A stretch of DNA of 64,000 bases from Parcubacteria group bacterium (GTDB taxonomy: Bacteria > Patescibacteriota > Minisyncoccia > UBA6257 > JACRHW01), in contig JACRHW010000017.1 of NCBI GenBank assembly GCA_016217555.1, positions 5,093 through 69,092 of the forward strand, given 5' to 3'. The notes under the pieces were generated by a model. That model saw only the letters and a program-made list of their open reading frames with translations, was not told the origin of the DNA and did no database searches. A program made the position numbers and the translations under genes. Of the stretch, positions 19,297 through 28,309 are shown in pieces (position 1 is the first letter of the stretch; each line of letters begins with the position of its first letter).

Positions 19297-21804
19297 ATGC
19301 AGAAATATAACCATGAAAAAATAGAGAAGAAGTGGCAGAAGGAGTGGGCGAATGATAATTTTGCTGCCTGGCGTGTAGAGGAGGGGGGTAAGAAAAAAAA
19401 GAAGTATGTTCTTGATATGTTTCCGTATCCTTCGGGGGATGGGTTGCATGTAGGACATATTGAGGGATATACCGCTTCCGACATTGTGAGTCGTTTTTCT
19501 CGGATGAGAGGATACAATGTACTTCACCCTATGGGATGGGATGCTTTTGGGTTGCCTACTGAAAATTATGCTATCAAACACAAGGTGCACCCTGCGAAGG
19601 TAACTGAAAAAAATGTTAATAATTTTCGCGCTCAGTTACAGCGTATGGGGTTTAGCTATGATTGGTCGCGTGAGGTAAATACTACAGACCCCGAATATTA
19701 TAAATGGACACAATGGATTTTTTTAGAACTTTTTAAACGCGGGCTTGCTTATGAGGCGGAGGTACCAGTCAACTGGTGTCCCAGCTGCAAAACAGTGCTT
19801 GCAAATGAGGAGGTGATTGATGGAACGTGTGATAGGTGCCACTCCGAAGTTATTCATAAAAATTTAAAACAATGGATTCTTAAAATTACTGCTTATGCAG
19901 ATAGGCTTCTTTCTGACCTTGATGATCTCGATTGGCCAGAACGTATTAAGGAGATGCAGAGGAATTGGATTGGAAAATCTTATGGGGCGCTTATAAAATT
20001 TCCTCTAGCGAATTTCAAATTTCCGCTTTCAGTTTTTACGACCAGACCCGATACGTTATTTGGTGTAACCTATGTGGTTCTTGCTCCAGAACACATACTC
20101 ATACAAGAGTTAAAAGATTATATTACGAATTGGGATGAGATCGTGGAATACGTAGGTGTAGCACGAAATAGGAGCGAACGTGAGCGGCAAGAGAAGAAGG
20201 AAAAAACAGGAATTGAACTTAGGGGTATAAGTGTTATCAATCCTGCAAATCAAAAAGAAGTTCCCGTGTGGATTGCTGACTATGTACTTATGGGGTATGG
20301 CACAGGGGCGGTAATGGCAGTACCCGCGCACGATGAGCGTGATTTTGCTTTTGCTAAGAAATATAGACTTCCTATAACAACGGTTATCCAGCCACTTTCT
20401 TATGAATGGGATGTTACGGTAGCGGCATACACCGACGAGGGGAGAATGGTTAATTCGGGAGAGTTTGACGGATTAGGTTCGGAAGAGGCGAAAAGGGCAA
20501 TTGTTGTAAAACTTCGGGAGCAAGGTTTCGCAGAAAATACGGTAAAATATAAACTTCGTGATTGGGTGTTCTCGAGACAAAGATATTGGGGAGAACCCAT
20601 TCCGCTTGTATTTTGTGAGGCGTGTGCGGAAAGAGTGAGAAAACAGAAAACAGAAAACAGAAAACAGAATGTGAACTTGGGAGAGATATTAAACCCCGGA
20701 TGGATGGCGGTGTCGGAGGGAGATTTGCCGGTTACCTTACCAAACGTAAAAAATTATGAGCCGACGGGAAACGCGGAGTCACCACTTGCTGGGATAACAA
20801 CATGGGTGAAAACGACATGTCCAAGGTGTGGAGGGGTTGCGCGACGGGAGACAAACACAATGCCACAGTGGGCGGGATCAAGCTGGTACTACCTCGCTTA
20901 CGTTATGCGAGGGAATTCAAAATTCAAAATTCAAAATTCAAAATTGTTTCAGTACTGGTTGCCTGTCGATATGTATATCGGGGGAGCAGAACATGCGGTG
21001 TTGCACCTTCTCTATGCGCGTTTTTGGCACAAGGTGTTGTATGATGCAAAAATCGTTTCTACCAAGGAGCCTTTTTATGCATTACGAAATCAGGGTCTTA
21101 TTCTTGGTCCCGATGGGGTAAAAATGTCTAAATCACGTGGAAATGTGATTAACCCCGATGCGGTGGTAAGGGAGTATGGTGCTGATACTCTTCGTATGTT
21201 CGAGATGTTCATGGGCCCACTTGAGGATTCAAAACCATGGGATATACGTAGTATTGTTGGCGTGCGAAGATTCTTAGAGAGGGTTTGGGGGTTACAAATA
21301 AAAATTAAAGATCAAAAATTAAAGATCAAAAATGACGGTGAAGACATAAGGAGACTTATGCATCGGACAATAAAGAAGGTGACGAAAGATATCGAGGAGA
21401 TGCGTTTTAATACTGCAATTTCTGCGCTTATGGTATATGTAAACGCGCTTGGAGGACAGGAGGATATTTCAAGGGAATCTTACACAACACTTCTTGTTTT
21501 GCTTGCGCCATTTGCCCCACATATCACTGAAGAATTGTGGCAATTGATGGAAAACAAAAATTCAATTCACTTTGAAAAATGGCCTATCTATGATCCGAAA
21601 CGTATCATAGAGGAGTATGGTATTCTTGTGGTACAGGTAAATGGGAAAACAAGAGATTCCATTGAGGTGGCAAAAGGTGTTTCTGAGGAAAATGCTTTGG
21701 AAATTGCCACCAAAAGGGATCGTATTGCTTTTTGCCTTAAGGGGAAAGAAATTATACGTGTGGTGTATGTGCAGAACAAACTTATCAATATTGTAGTAAA
21801 ATAA
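19297..21804 (+). CDS. leuS: Leucyl-tRNA synthetase
   Basis: HIGH motif (HVGHIEGY), KMSKS (VKMSKSRGN) and class-I LeuRS architecture. It contains in-frame tandem-repeat insertions. Confidence 0.92.
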   Translation: MQKYNHEKIEKKWQKEWANDNFAAWRVEEGGKKKKKYVLDMFPYPSGDGLHVGHIEGYTASDIVSRFSRMRGYNVLHPMGWDAFGLPTENYAIKHKVHPAKVTEKNVNNFRAQLQRMGFSYDWSREVNTTDPEYYKWTQWIFLELFKRGLAYEAEVPVNWCPSCKTVLANEEVIDGTCDRCHSEVIHKNLKQWILKITAYADRLLSDLDDLDWPERIKEMQRNWIGKSYGALIKFPLANFKFPLSVFTTRPDTLFGVTYVVLAPEHILIQELKDYITNWDEIVEYVGVARNRSERERQEKKEKTGIELRGISVINPANQKEVPVWIADYVLMGYGTGAVMAVPAHDERDFAFAKKYRLPITTVIQPLSYEWDVTVAAYTDEGRMVNSGEFDGLGSEEAKRAIVVKLREQGFAENTVKYKLRDWVFSRQRYWGEPIPLVFCEACAERVRKQKTENRKQNVNLGEILNPGWMAVSEGDLPVTLPNVKNYEPTGNAESPLAGITTWVKTTCPRCGGVARRETNTMPQWAGSSWYYLAYVMRGNSKFKIQNSKLFQYWLPVDMYIGGAEHAVLHLLYARFWHKVLYDAKIVSTKEPFYALRNQGLILGPDGVKMSKSRGNVINPDAVVREYGADTLRMFEMFMGPLEDSKPWDIRSIVGVRRFLERVWGLQIKIKDQKLKIKNDGEDIRRLMHRTIKKVTKDIEEMRFNTAISALMVYVNALGGQEDISRESYTTLLVLLAPFAPHITEELWQLMENKNSIHFEKWPIYDPKRIIEEYGILVVQVNGKTRDSIEVAKGVSEENALEIATKRDRIAFCLKGKEIIRVVYVQNKLINIVVK

Positions 21805-21811
21805 TCGTAGT

Positions 21812-22339
21812 ATGTCTTTTGATGCTCGGGTTGTTGTGATGTTAAACAAGATGATTGTTTATTCACCGTGGTTTAGTTTTCTGTGGGTGTTTATAACCAG
21901 TTATTTTGGATATCTCCTCATCGTAGGTACGGTGGTATATTGGATTCTGCAGAAAAAGAGTGATCAGGAAGCCTATCGAAATCTTCTTTTTATTTTTTGT
22001 GTTATGGTACTTTCAACTCTTGTGTTTACTGAAGGGATTCGCTATTTTTGGTATCGTCCGAGACCCTTCCTTGCATTATCTGGTATCCATGTTCCCTATG
22101 TTCAGGCGGGATCATCATCCTTTCCCTCGGGACACACCGCGACATATTTTGCTCTCGCTTTCGCAATGTACTACTTCAACAAAAAGATAGGGGTTTGGTA
22201 TCTTGTTGGTGCGGGACTCATTGCGCTTTCGCGTATCATTCTCGGTGTTCATTATCCGAGCGATATTGTTGGGGGAATCGCTATTGCTTGGGTTTCACTG
22301 GTGATTATTAAGCATTTATTTACATATCGTTTTGAATAG
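21812..22339 (+). CDS. PAP2-family phosphatase (undecaprenyl-diphosphatase-like)
   Basis: PSGHTA ... SRIILGVHYPSDIVGG are PAP2 motifs 2 and 3. Membrane protein. Confidence 0.6.
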   Translation: MSFDARVVVMLNKMIVYSPWFSFLWVFITSYFGYLLIVGTVVYWILQKKSDQEAYRNLLFIFCVMVLSTLVFTEGIRYFWYRPRPFLALSGIHVPYVQAGSSSFPSGHTATYFALAFAMYYFNKKIGVWYLVGAGLIALSRIILGVHYPSDIVGGIAIAWVSLVIIKHLFTYRFE

Positions 22340-22353
22340 ATAAAACAAAGTCT

Positions 22354-22436
22354 TTGTATCTAGTATCTTGTATCTGGTATGTGTTCATAGGGGCAGATAA
22401 ATACTAAATACAAGATACTATATACTAACTACTAAG
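22354..22436. repeat. GTATCTAGTATCTTGTATCTGGTATG-type hairpin repeat (family D, copy 1)
   Basis: 5' module GTATCTAGTATCTTGTATCTGGTATG and inverted 3' module ATACAAGATACTATATACTAACTAC. Related copies lie at 31886-31921 and 45431-45556. Confidence 0.5.
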
Positions 22437-22441
22437 TAATT

Positions 22442-23152
22442 ATGATTACTTTTCATATTATTACTATCTTTCCTGAAGCACTTGAGGGATATTGTAATGC
22501 ATCTATATTGAAGCGTGCGCAGGTGAAAAAGCGTATCAAAATCATTCTTCATAACCTTCGTGATTTTTCGAAGGACAATCACAAATCTGTTGATGATCGT
22601 CCCTTCGGTGGAGGGCCCGGTATGGTACTCATGGTAGATCTTCTCGTGGGGGCGCTGAAGCATATCCTCAAAAAAGATTTCAAGTTAGATGCAGGAGGAA
22701 AACTTGTGGTGGATTCAACAAAATATCGTATTGTACTTTTCGACACCCGCGGAGAACCATTTACCCAAGAAATTGCCCGTTCATTTTTGCCCAACCCTAT
22801 AAGCCATAAGCTAAAAGCTAAAAGCTCTCACATTATTCTTATCTGCGGTCATTACGAAGGGGTCGATGAACGTATCAAGGAATTTTGTACAACGGATGTT
22901 ATTTCTATTGGTAATTATGTTCTTTCGGGAGGAGAGGTGCCTGCCATGGTGGTAGTAGATGCTGTTACACGCCTTATCCCTGGTGTTTTAGGAAATGAAG
23001 AATCTATTGAAGAGACAAGGGTAGTTAAGGGATATGCAGTATACACCCGCCCGCGCGACTATTCTCCCAAAAGGAACATTGTATGGAAGGTACCAGACCC
23101 TCTTTTTTCGGGAGACCCTAAAAAGATAGATGAGTGGAGAAGAGAGCATTGA
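22442..23152 (+). CDS. trmD: tRNA (guanine37-N1)-methyltransferase
   Basis: N-terminus ITIFPEALEGY... and the ICGHYEGVDERI SPOUT-knot motif. Confidence 0.85.
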   Translation: MITFHIITIFPEALEGYCNASILKRAQVKKRIKIILHNLRDFSKDNHKSVDDRPFGGGPGMVLMVDLLVGALKHILKKDFKLDAGGKLVVDSTKYRIVLFDTRGEPFTQEIARSFLPNPISHKLKAKSSHIILICGHYEGVDERIKEFCTTDVISIGNYVLSGGEVPAMVVVDAVTRLIPGVLGNEESIEETRVVKGYAVYTRPRDYSPKRNIVWKVPDPLFSGDPKKIDEWRREH

Positions 23153-23292
23153 TTTTGACTTATTTCCTGTTTTGGGATACGCTAGTAGTACTTAGTTCTT
23201 TGGAATTAGGGTAAAGGTCATAACTAGTTCCCAATGTAAAAAAAGAGAACCGTAGTTTCGTTTCGTTTTTTGAATATTGTGAGAACACAATA

Positions 23293-23481
23293 ATGTACTC
23301 CGATAATAATGGTGGTGGTCAATTCGGTGGTCCACGTCAGATGTATGACATCAAGTGCGCGGATTGCGGAAAGGACGCTCAAGTTCCTTTCGAGCCACGA
23401 GGAGATCGACCTGTGTACTGCAGAGATTGCTTTTCAAAGCATGCTCCTGCACGTCCTCCACGTCGTGATTTCCGAAGATAA
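23293..23481 (+). CDS. Small zinc-ribbon protein (CxxC-x8-VPFxP-x5-PVYCxxC)
   Basis: CADCGKDAQVPFEPRGDRPVYCRDC. The same motif recurs at the C-terminus of the 653-aa ATPase. Confidence 0.45.
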   Translation: MYSDNNGGGQFGGPRQMYDIKCADCGKDAQVPFEPRGDRPVYCRDCFSKHAPARPPRRDFRR

Positions 23482-23543
23482 TATAAAATCCCCCGAAAGG
23501 GGGATTTTATATTGTAAACCATAGTATGCCCTCCAAGTGATAT

Positions 23544-23682
23544 AGCGCTGTTCGGTAACCTCATACGTATTAGTGCCTGAGCTTGTCGAAGGCCCACCTT
23601 TCTCTAAGGAAACCCTTCGACTTCCTTCGACAAGCTCAAGACAAGTCGCTCGGGGAATACCATGTTTCCGAACAGCGTCGCT
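23544..23682. repeat. Composite palindromic repeat with AGCGCTGTTCGGTAAC terminal inverted repeats (family E, copy 1)
   Basis: Ends are AGCGCTGTTCGGTAACCTCA ... TTTCCGAACAGCG. The interior is CCTGAGCTTGTCGAAGG / CCTTCGACAAGCTCAAG hairpins. Confidence 0.6.
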
Positions 23683-23797
23683 AGATGTTATTGACAGATT
23701 TATTGTGCGTGGTATATAAAAATACAAGTTCGTTGTATACAGAGTTTCTGCTTTGGTGCGGCGGATAGAGGTAAGAAAGAGAAGGAGAGTAAAGAAC

Positions 23798-24304
23798 ATG
23801 GGAGTTCTTTTTGATTCGTTGGAGAAGAGTGCTGTAGAAACAGTGAGAGATCGAACGATTGCTTTTGGAGAGTCCTTTGAAAATCAGAGAAGAAATTTTG
23901 GAAAGGGCTATCAGGCCCAGAATGATCTTATTTTGACATCAAAGGTTGGAGTAGGGGCGTTGAAGTCGGGAGATGCTGTTGAAGTTGAAAGATGTAAGCA
24001 AAGGATGTTTCGACTCTGGGACGATATTGATAATATCATTGTTCCTCTTGATACGTGGTGGCAGTTCTCAGGAAATGCTGGACAGGAGTTTGTTGAATTT
24101 CTTGGTGTTGCAGCCCTTTGGCCTTATGTGAGCGGAGTAGCACAAGAGGTAGATCTGATTCCTTCAGTCGATGAATTGCACATGTGTCCTCAGACGTGGC
24201 TTCGTGGTCTTGGTGATGTGCCTGGAGAGCTTGGAAAAATGGTGTTGGATAGGCTTCTTGAGATGGATTTTTCAAAAATAGAATGGGGAGGGGGTGGGGT
24301 GTGA
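23798..24304 (+). CDS. Hypothetical protein
   Basis: ORF with an RBS-proximal ATG at 23798. The track start at 23753 overlaps a repeat. No known motifs. Confidence 0.3.
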   Translation: MGVLFDSLEKSAVETVRDRTIAFGESFENQRRNFGKGYQAQNDLILTSKVGVGALKSGDAVEVERCKQRMFRLWDDIDNIIVPLDTWWQFSGNAGQEFVEFLGVAALWPYVSGVAQEVDLIPSVDELHMCPQTWLRGLGDVPGELGKMVLDRLLEMDFSKIEWGGGGV

Positions 24305-24580
24305 GGAGGAGATTGTGCATCATATTCGGGATTCTTGGCATTATTTGTTTCCTAGTCAGTGTGGTTTTTGAATACCTGGGGGTTACCAACCATCATATGG
24401 TTTCTGTTCTTGCTGTTTTTTTTCTGGCTTCAGCCATGGGTATGATGGAGTAGTGTGTAAAACGCACATTTTTAACTCGCCTCTAAAATATTTGTCGCAT
24501 GGTATCTCTGTGCGACTTTTTATTTTTTCGGGATTGTAATTTTTTGAAATATTGCATAAAATTGGTAAATACGACAAAAT

Positions 24581-24653
24581 GCGCCCATAGCTCAGCTGGT
24601 AGAGCAGCTCCCTTTTAAGGAGATGGTCGTAGGTTCGAATCCTACTGGGCGCA
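24581..24653 (+). tRNA. tRNA-Lys (anticodon UUU)
   Basis: Cloverleaf GCGCCCA...TGGGCGC-A with anticodon loop CTTTTAA and T-loop GGTTCGAATCC. Confidence 0.85.
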
Positions 24654-24655
24654 CT

Positions 24656-25990
24656 ATGAACAAAAAAAATATTTCTTTATTTATTGTTATTTTATCAATT
24701 GCTGCACTTGCGGCATTTTATGATTATCCTATGGGGTGGGATAGGGGGGCGGATTATCTTACGGGTAAAATTCACCAAGCTCCTTTTGCGTGGGCGCAGA
24801 AGGTTGCTATTCCACATTTTTTGAACAAGCCCTATGTGTTGGGGTTGGATGTCGCAGGGGGTGCACACCTTGTGTATAAGGCGGATGTGTCGAAAGTTCC
24901 TTCTGGAGACCAGGCGTCTACTATGAGTGGGCTTCAAAACGTAATTGAGCGGAGGGTAAACATCTTTGGAGTAAGCGAGCCACGGGTGGAGACGCAAAAG
25001 GTGGGGGATTCGTGGCGTCTTGTGGTGGAGCTTGCGGGGGTTAAAGACGTGGGTGCTGCAATTGCGGCAATCGGAAGTACCCCCTATCTTGAGTTTCGCG
25101 AGGAGGGGGTGGAGCCGAGCACGGTGAGTGCCTCTGGCACTGTTGAAATAAATGGTACACAGGGTTTTAAGGCAACCAATCTTACGGGTAAATACCTTTC
25201 ACGTGCATCACTTGATTTTGATAAGACGACGTTTCAGCCAACAGTGCAGTTGCAGTTTAATAATGAGGGTGCAAAACTTTTCGAGGATATTACCGCACGC
25301 AATGTAAAGAAGCGGGTTGCAATAGCTATTGATGGGGTTATTATTTCAGCTCCTGTGGTGAATGAGAAGATTGTGGGTGGGCAGGCGGTGATTTCAGGAA
25401 ATTTTAGCCTTGATGAGGCAAAAAAGCTTGTTGCTAATCTGAACGCTGGTGCACTGCCTGTTCCCATCGATCTCATTTCCCAGCAGACTGTTGGTGCAAG
25501 TTTGGGGGAGAGTGCCCTACGGCATAGTGTGAAGGCGGGGTTTATTGGGCTCATTGTAGTCTTTCTTTTTATGGTTTTGTATTATCGTTCGCTTGGGTTT
25601 TTTGCTTCGCTTGCGTTACTTATCTATACCGCGCTTGTTCTTGCAATATTTAAGACAATTCCTGTTACCATTACTCTTGCGGGTGTCGCTGGTTTTGTAC
25701 TCTCTATCGGTATGGCGGTTGATGCGAACATTCTTATTTTTGAACGTGTTAAGGAGGAGAGAAAAAGAGGGAAGGGTGGCAAACAGGCTATTGAGGAGGG
25801 GTTCTTGCGAGCGTGGACATCTATTCGCGACTCGAATGTTTCAACTATTATTACGAGTCTTGTGTTATATACGTTTACCACGTCCATTGTGCAGGGATTT
25901 GCCCTCACCCTTCTCATCGGGGTACTTATAAGTATGTTTACAGCAATTACCGTAACAAGGACGATGTTGCGAATATTTTTAAAAGCATAA
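24656..25990 (+). CDS. secD: Protein translocase subunit SecD
   Basis: LGLDVAGGAHLVYKAD, a periplasmic domain and a C-terminal 6-TM bundle. The start is at 24656 because the track start overlaps the tRNA. Confidence 0.85.
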   Translation: MNKKNISLFIVILSIAALAAFYDYPMGWDRGADYLTGKIHQAPFAWAQKVAIPHFLNKPYVLGLDVAGGAHLVYKADVSKVPSGDQASTMSGLQNVIERRVNIFGVSEPRVETQKVGDSWRLVVELAGVKDVGAAIAAIGSTPYLEFREEGVEPSTVSASGTVEINGTQGFKATNLTGKYLSRASLDFDKTTFQPTVQLQFNNEGAKLFEDITARNVKKRVAIAIDGVIISAPVVNEKIVGGQAVISGNFSLDEAKKLVANLNAGALPVPIDLISQQTVGASLGESALRHSVKAGFIGLIVVFLFMVLYYRSLGFFASLALLIYTALVLAIFKTIPVTITLAGVAGFVLSIGMAVDANILIFERVKEERKRGKGGKQAIEEGFLRAWTSIRDSNVSTIITSLVLYTFTTSIVQGFALTLLIGVLISMFTAITVTRTMLRIFLKA

Positions 25991-25997
25991 TACTTCT

Positions 25998-26888
25998 ATG
26001 AACATTATTGGACACAGAAAATTATATTATAGTATCTCAGGCACTGTTATTATTATCTCCCTCGTTGCGCTTGCGTTGTGGGGGTTTAGGTCGGGGATAG
26101 ATTTTACAGGAGGGTCTTCGTGGCAGGTTCGTGCAAGTGGTATCGATGTTGTTGCGGTGACAAAACTTTTTAGCGAAAATGGAATAGAGCATGTGTTTAT
26201 TGAGCAGGGGGCTGGAGGTGAACGAACGCTTCGTTTCGAGGAGGTATCTGAGGGCAAGCACCAACAGCTTTCATCTCAACTCAAAAAAGTATATCCCGAT
26301 CTTGTCGAAGAACAGTTTTCGGTAATTGGACCTACGATCTCCGGCGAGCTTCGTCAAAAGGCAATGTTTGCTATTGTCTTTGTTTTGTTTGGTATCTCTC
26401 TTTATATAGCACTTGTTTTTCGTCAGGTTTCACGCCCACTTTCTTCTTGGGTGTATGGGATAGTAACCCTATTTACATTATTTCATGACGTAGTTGTGCC
26501 TGCGGGTGTTTTTGCCATCCTCGGGCATTTTTGGGGGGTGGAGATTGATTCAAATTTTGTAGTAGCTATGCTTGTAGTAATGGGGTTTTCTGTTCACGAC
26601 ACTATCGTTGTGTTTGATCGCGTACGCGAAAATTTGAAGCGTATTACAAGCAAGGTGTCGTTTGAAGAACTAGTAAATAAAAGTATGCTTGAGACGTTTG
26701 CGCGATCGGTGAACACGTCTCTTACGGTGGTACTTGTTCTTCTTGCTTTGCTTTTCTTCGGTGAACCTAACCTTAGATATTTCATTACGACCCTTCTTAT
26801 TGGTATTCTTACGGGAACATATTCTTCCATATTTATTGCGAGTCCTATTCTCGTTGATATTGCGCTTTTGAAGGCAAAGAGAAAATAG
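25998..26888 (+). CDS. secF: Protein translocase subunit SecF
   Basis: GIDFTGGSSWQV and a SecF TM bundle; adjacent to secD. Confidence 0.85.
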   Translation: MNIIGHRKLYYSISGTVIIISLVALALWGFRSGIDFTGGSSWQVRASGIDVVAVTKLFSENGIEHVFIEQGAGGERTLRFEEVSEGKHQQLSSQLKKVYPDLVEEQFSVIGPTISGELRQKAMFAIVFVLFGISLYIALVFRQVSRPLSSWVYGIVTLFTLFHDVVVPAGVFAILGHFWGVEIDSNFVVAMLVVMGFSVHDTIVVFDRVRENLKRITSKVSFEELVNKSMLETFARSVNTSLTVVLVLLALLFFGEPNLRYFITTLLIGILTGTYSSIFIASPILVDIALLKAKRK

Positions 26889-26891
26889 ACT

Positions 26892-27004
26892 GGCGCTGTT
26901 TTGAAACACAATATTCCCTGAGCGAAGTCGAAGGGTTTCCTTAGAGAAAGGCAGGCCTTCGACAAGCTCAGGCACTAGTAATTATGAGGTTACCGAACAG
27001 TGCC
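26892..27004. repeat. Family E composite palindromic repeat, copy 2 (reverse orientation, internally deleted)
   Basis: GGCGCTGTT ... CCTGAGCGAAGTCGAAGGGTTTCCTTAGAGAAAGGCAGGCCTTCGACAAGCTCAGGCAC ... GGTTACCGAACAGTGCC. The interior is the reverse complement of the copy-1 interior. Confidence 0.6.
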
Positions 27005-27016
27005 AAATAGACTTGA

Positions 27017-27117
27017 CCCCGTTAGAAGTAGACAAAATGTGTTAAAATCTTTAGGCTAAAAATGTGGTATCTAGATGTATTGAATCTTAAAAACGTTTTC
27101 GCTACTTCTAACGGGGT
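27017..27117. mobile_element. MITE-like element with 15-bp terminal inverted repeats CCCCGTTAGAAGTAG (family F, copy 1), flanked by TTGA/TTGA
   Basis: CCCCGTTAGAAGTAG ... CTACTTCTAACGGGG is a perfect TIR. The flanks are ACTTGA|...|TTGACTT. The second copy at 51688-51786 has TGAA flanks. Confidence 0.55.
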
Positions 27118-27190
27118 TGACTTAAAACAAAGAATATACCATAAAGAGGTAGAAACATTTTTATGGTATGCGAGGTAGTATACAAAGGGT

Positions 27191-28309
27191 TTGACTTCAA
27201 AATCACTCTGTGTTATATTATCAGCATATAACCACTCTATGCAAAATAAAACTCTTATACAATTAATTCATGATGCGTTGGGGATTTTAAACAAGAGGTC
27301 GAGGATTATCATCGAAAAAAGATACGGTTTGAAAACCGGTAATTTTGTAACTCTTGAGGCGATCGGGCAGGAGTATGGCATTACACGAGAGCGCGTGCGT
27401 CAAATCGAGGCGGCGGCCCTTACCAATCTTAAGAAGCATCGCATGCTTGATGGTCTAGAAGAGCCCATCCAAAAAACCAAAAACCATCTTGCACAATTGG
27501 GGGGTGTCTCTAGAGAGGATGTCCTTCTCGCTGCCGCAGCTCCTTATTTTGGTGTCGAGGATTCTAAAAAATTAAAAGCTTTTTATCCTTACTTCTATTT
27601 TGTTATGGAGCAGTCAGGATTGAAGCACTTGCCAGAAAGTGAGGAGTTTCACTCCGCATGGTATTTAGATACTGCATCGTTTCATCGCGCCAAGGATACT
27701 ATCCAGAAGTTCGAAGCATATCTTGAGGAGGTGGAGCGTCCTTTGGCTGCACATCTCGTTTCAGAACATATCAATCTGTTTTCAAAAAGTGGTACGGCAG
27801 TGAGTGATGAGTATTTGCAGAATCTTATTTCACTTTCAAAATTGTTTGGAAACAATGTCTTTGGGGAATTTGGGCTTGTCTCATGGAAGGAGATTGCGCC
27901 ACGTGGTGCAAGAGACAAGGCATTTCTCGTTCTCAAAAAGCATACAAAGCCACTTCATTTTCGACTTATCACACAACACATTAATGAGGCCAAATTTGCT
28001 CCCAAAAAGAGCCATCCGCTTACCGTCCACAATGAGCTTATTAAGGATAACCGATTCGTGCTCGTGGGGCGTGGGGTATATGCCTTGAAGGAGCGGGGGT
28101 ATGAGGCGGGAACAGTGCGCGATGTACTCAAAAGCCTTCTTCGTAAGAATGGTCCTCTTCCTCTCGCTTCACTTACACAATTGGTAAGCGATCAGCGCTT
28201 AGTTAAAGAAAACACGATCTTACTTAATCTTCAAAATCGTCAACACTTTTTAAAAAGTTCTGATGGGGTGTATACTGTGAAGGGCGATAGTTCAAACAAA
28301 ACAAAATAG
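27191..28309 (+). CDS. Sigma-70 region-4-like HTH protein with a 300-aa C-terminal domain of unknown function
   Basis: The N-terminus RSRIIIEKRYGLKTGNFVTLEAIGQEYGITRERVRQIEAAALTNLKKH matches the sigma-70 region 4.2 consensus. The start could alternatively be the ATG at 27239. Confidence 0.5.
   Translation: MTSKSLCVILSAYNHSMQNKTLIQLIHDALGILNKRSRIIIEKRYGLKTGNFVTLEAIGQEYGITRERVRQIEAAALTNLKKHRMLDGLEEPIQKTKNHLAQLGGVSREDVLLAAAAPYFGVEDSKKLKAFYPYFYFVMEQSGLKHLPESEEFHSAWYLDTASFHRAKDTIQKFEAYLEEVERPLAAHLVSEHINLFSKSGTAVSDEYLQNLISLSKLFGNNVFGEFGLVSWKEIAPRGARDKAFLVLKKHTKPLHFRLITQHINEAKFAPKKSHPLTVHNELIKDNRFVLVGRGVYALKERGYEAGTVRDVLKSLLRKNGPLPLASLTQLVSDQRLVKENTILLNLQNRQHFLKSSDGVYTVKGDSSNKTK

Noticed and set aside
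24623-24655. Track ORF starts overlapping tRNA genes (24623, 52945 and 54086)
   Set aside because: The N-terminal extensions read through tRNA-Lys, tRNA-Phe and tRNA-Trp. Downstream in-frame ATG codons at 24656, 53095 and 54308 were used instead.
26594-26975. Minus-strand ORFs beginning MPELVEGLPF..., plus the same prefix on the 44762 ORF
   Set aside because: These are generated by the CCTGAGCTTGTCGAAGG repeat module. The real downstream gene starts at 44792.
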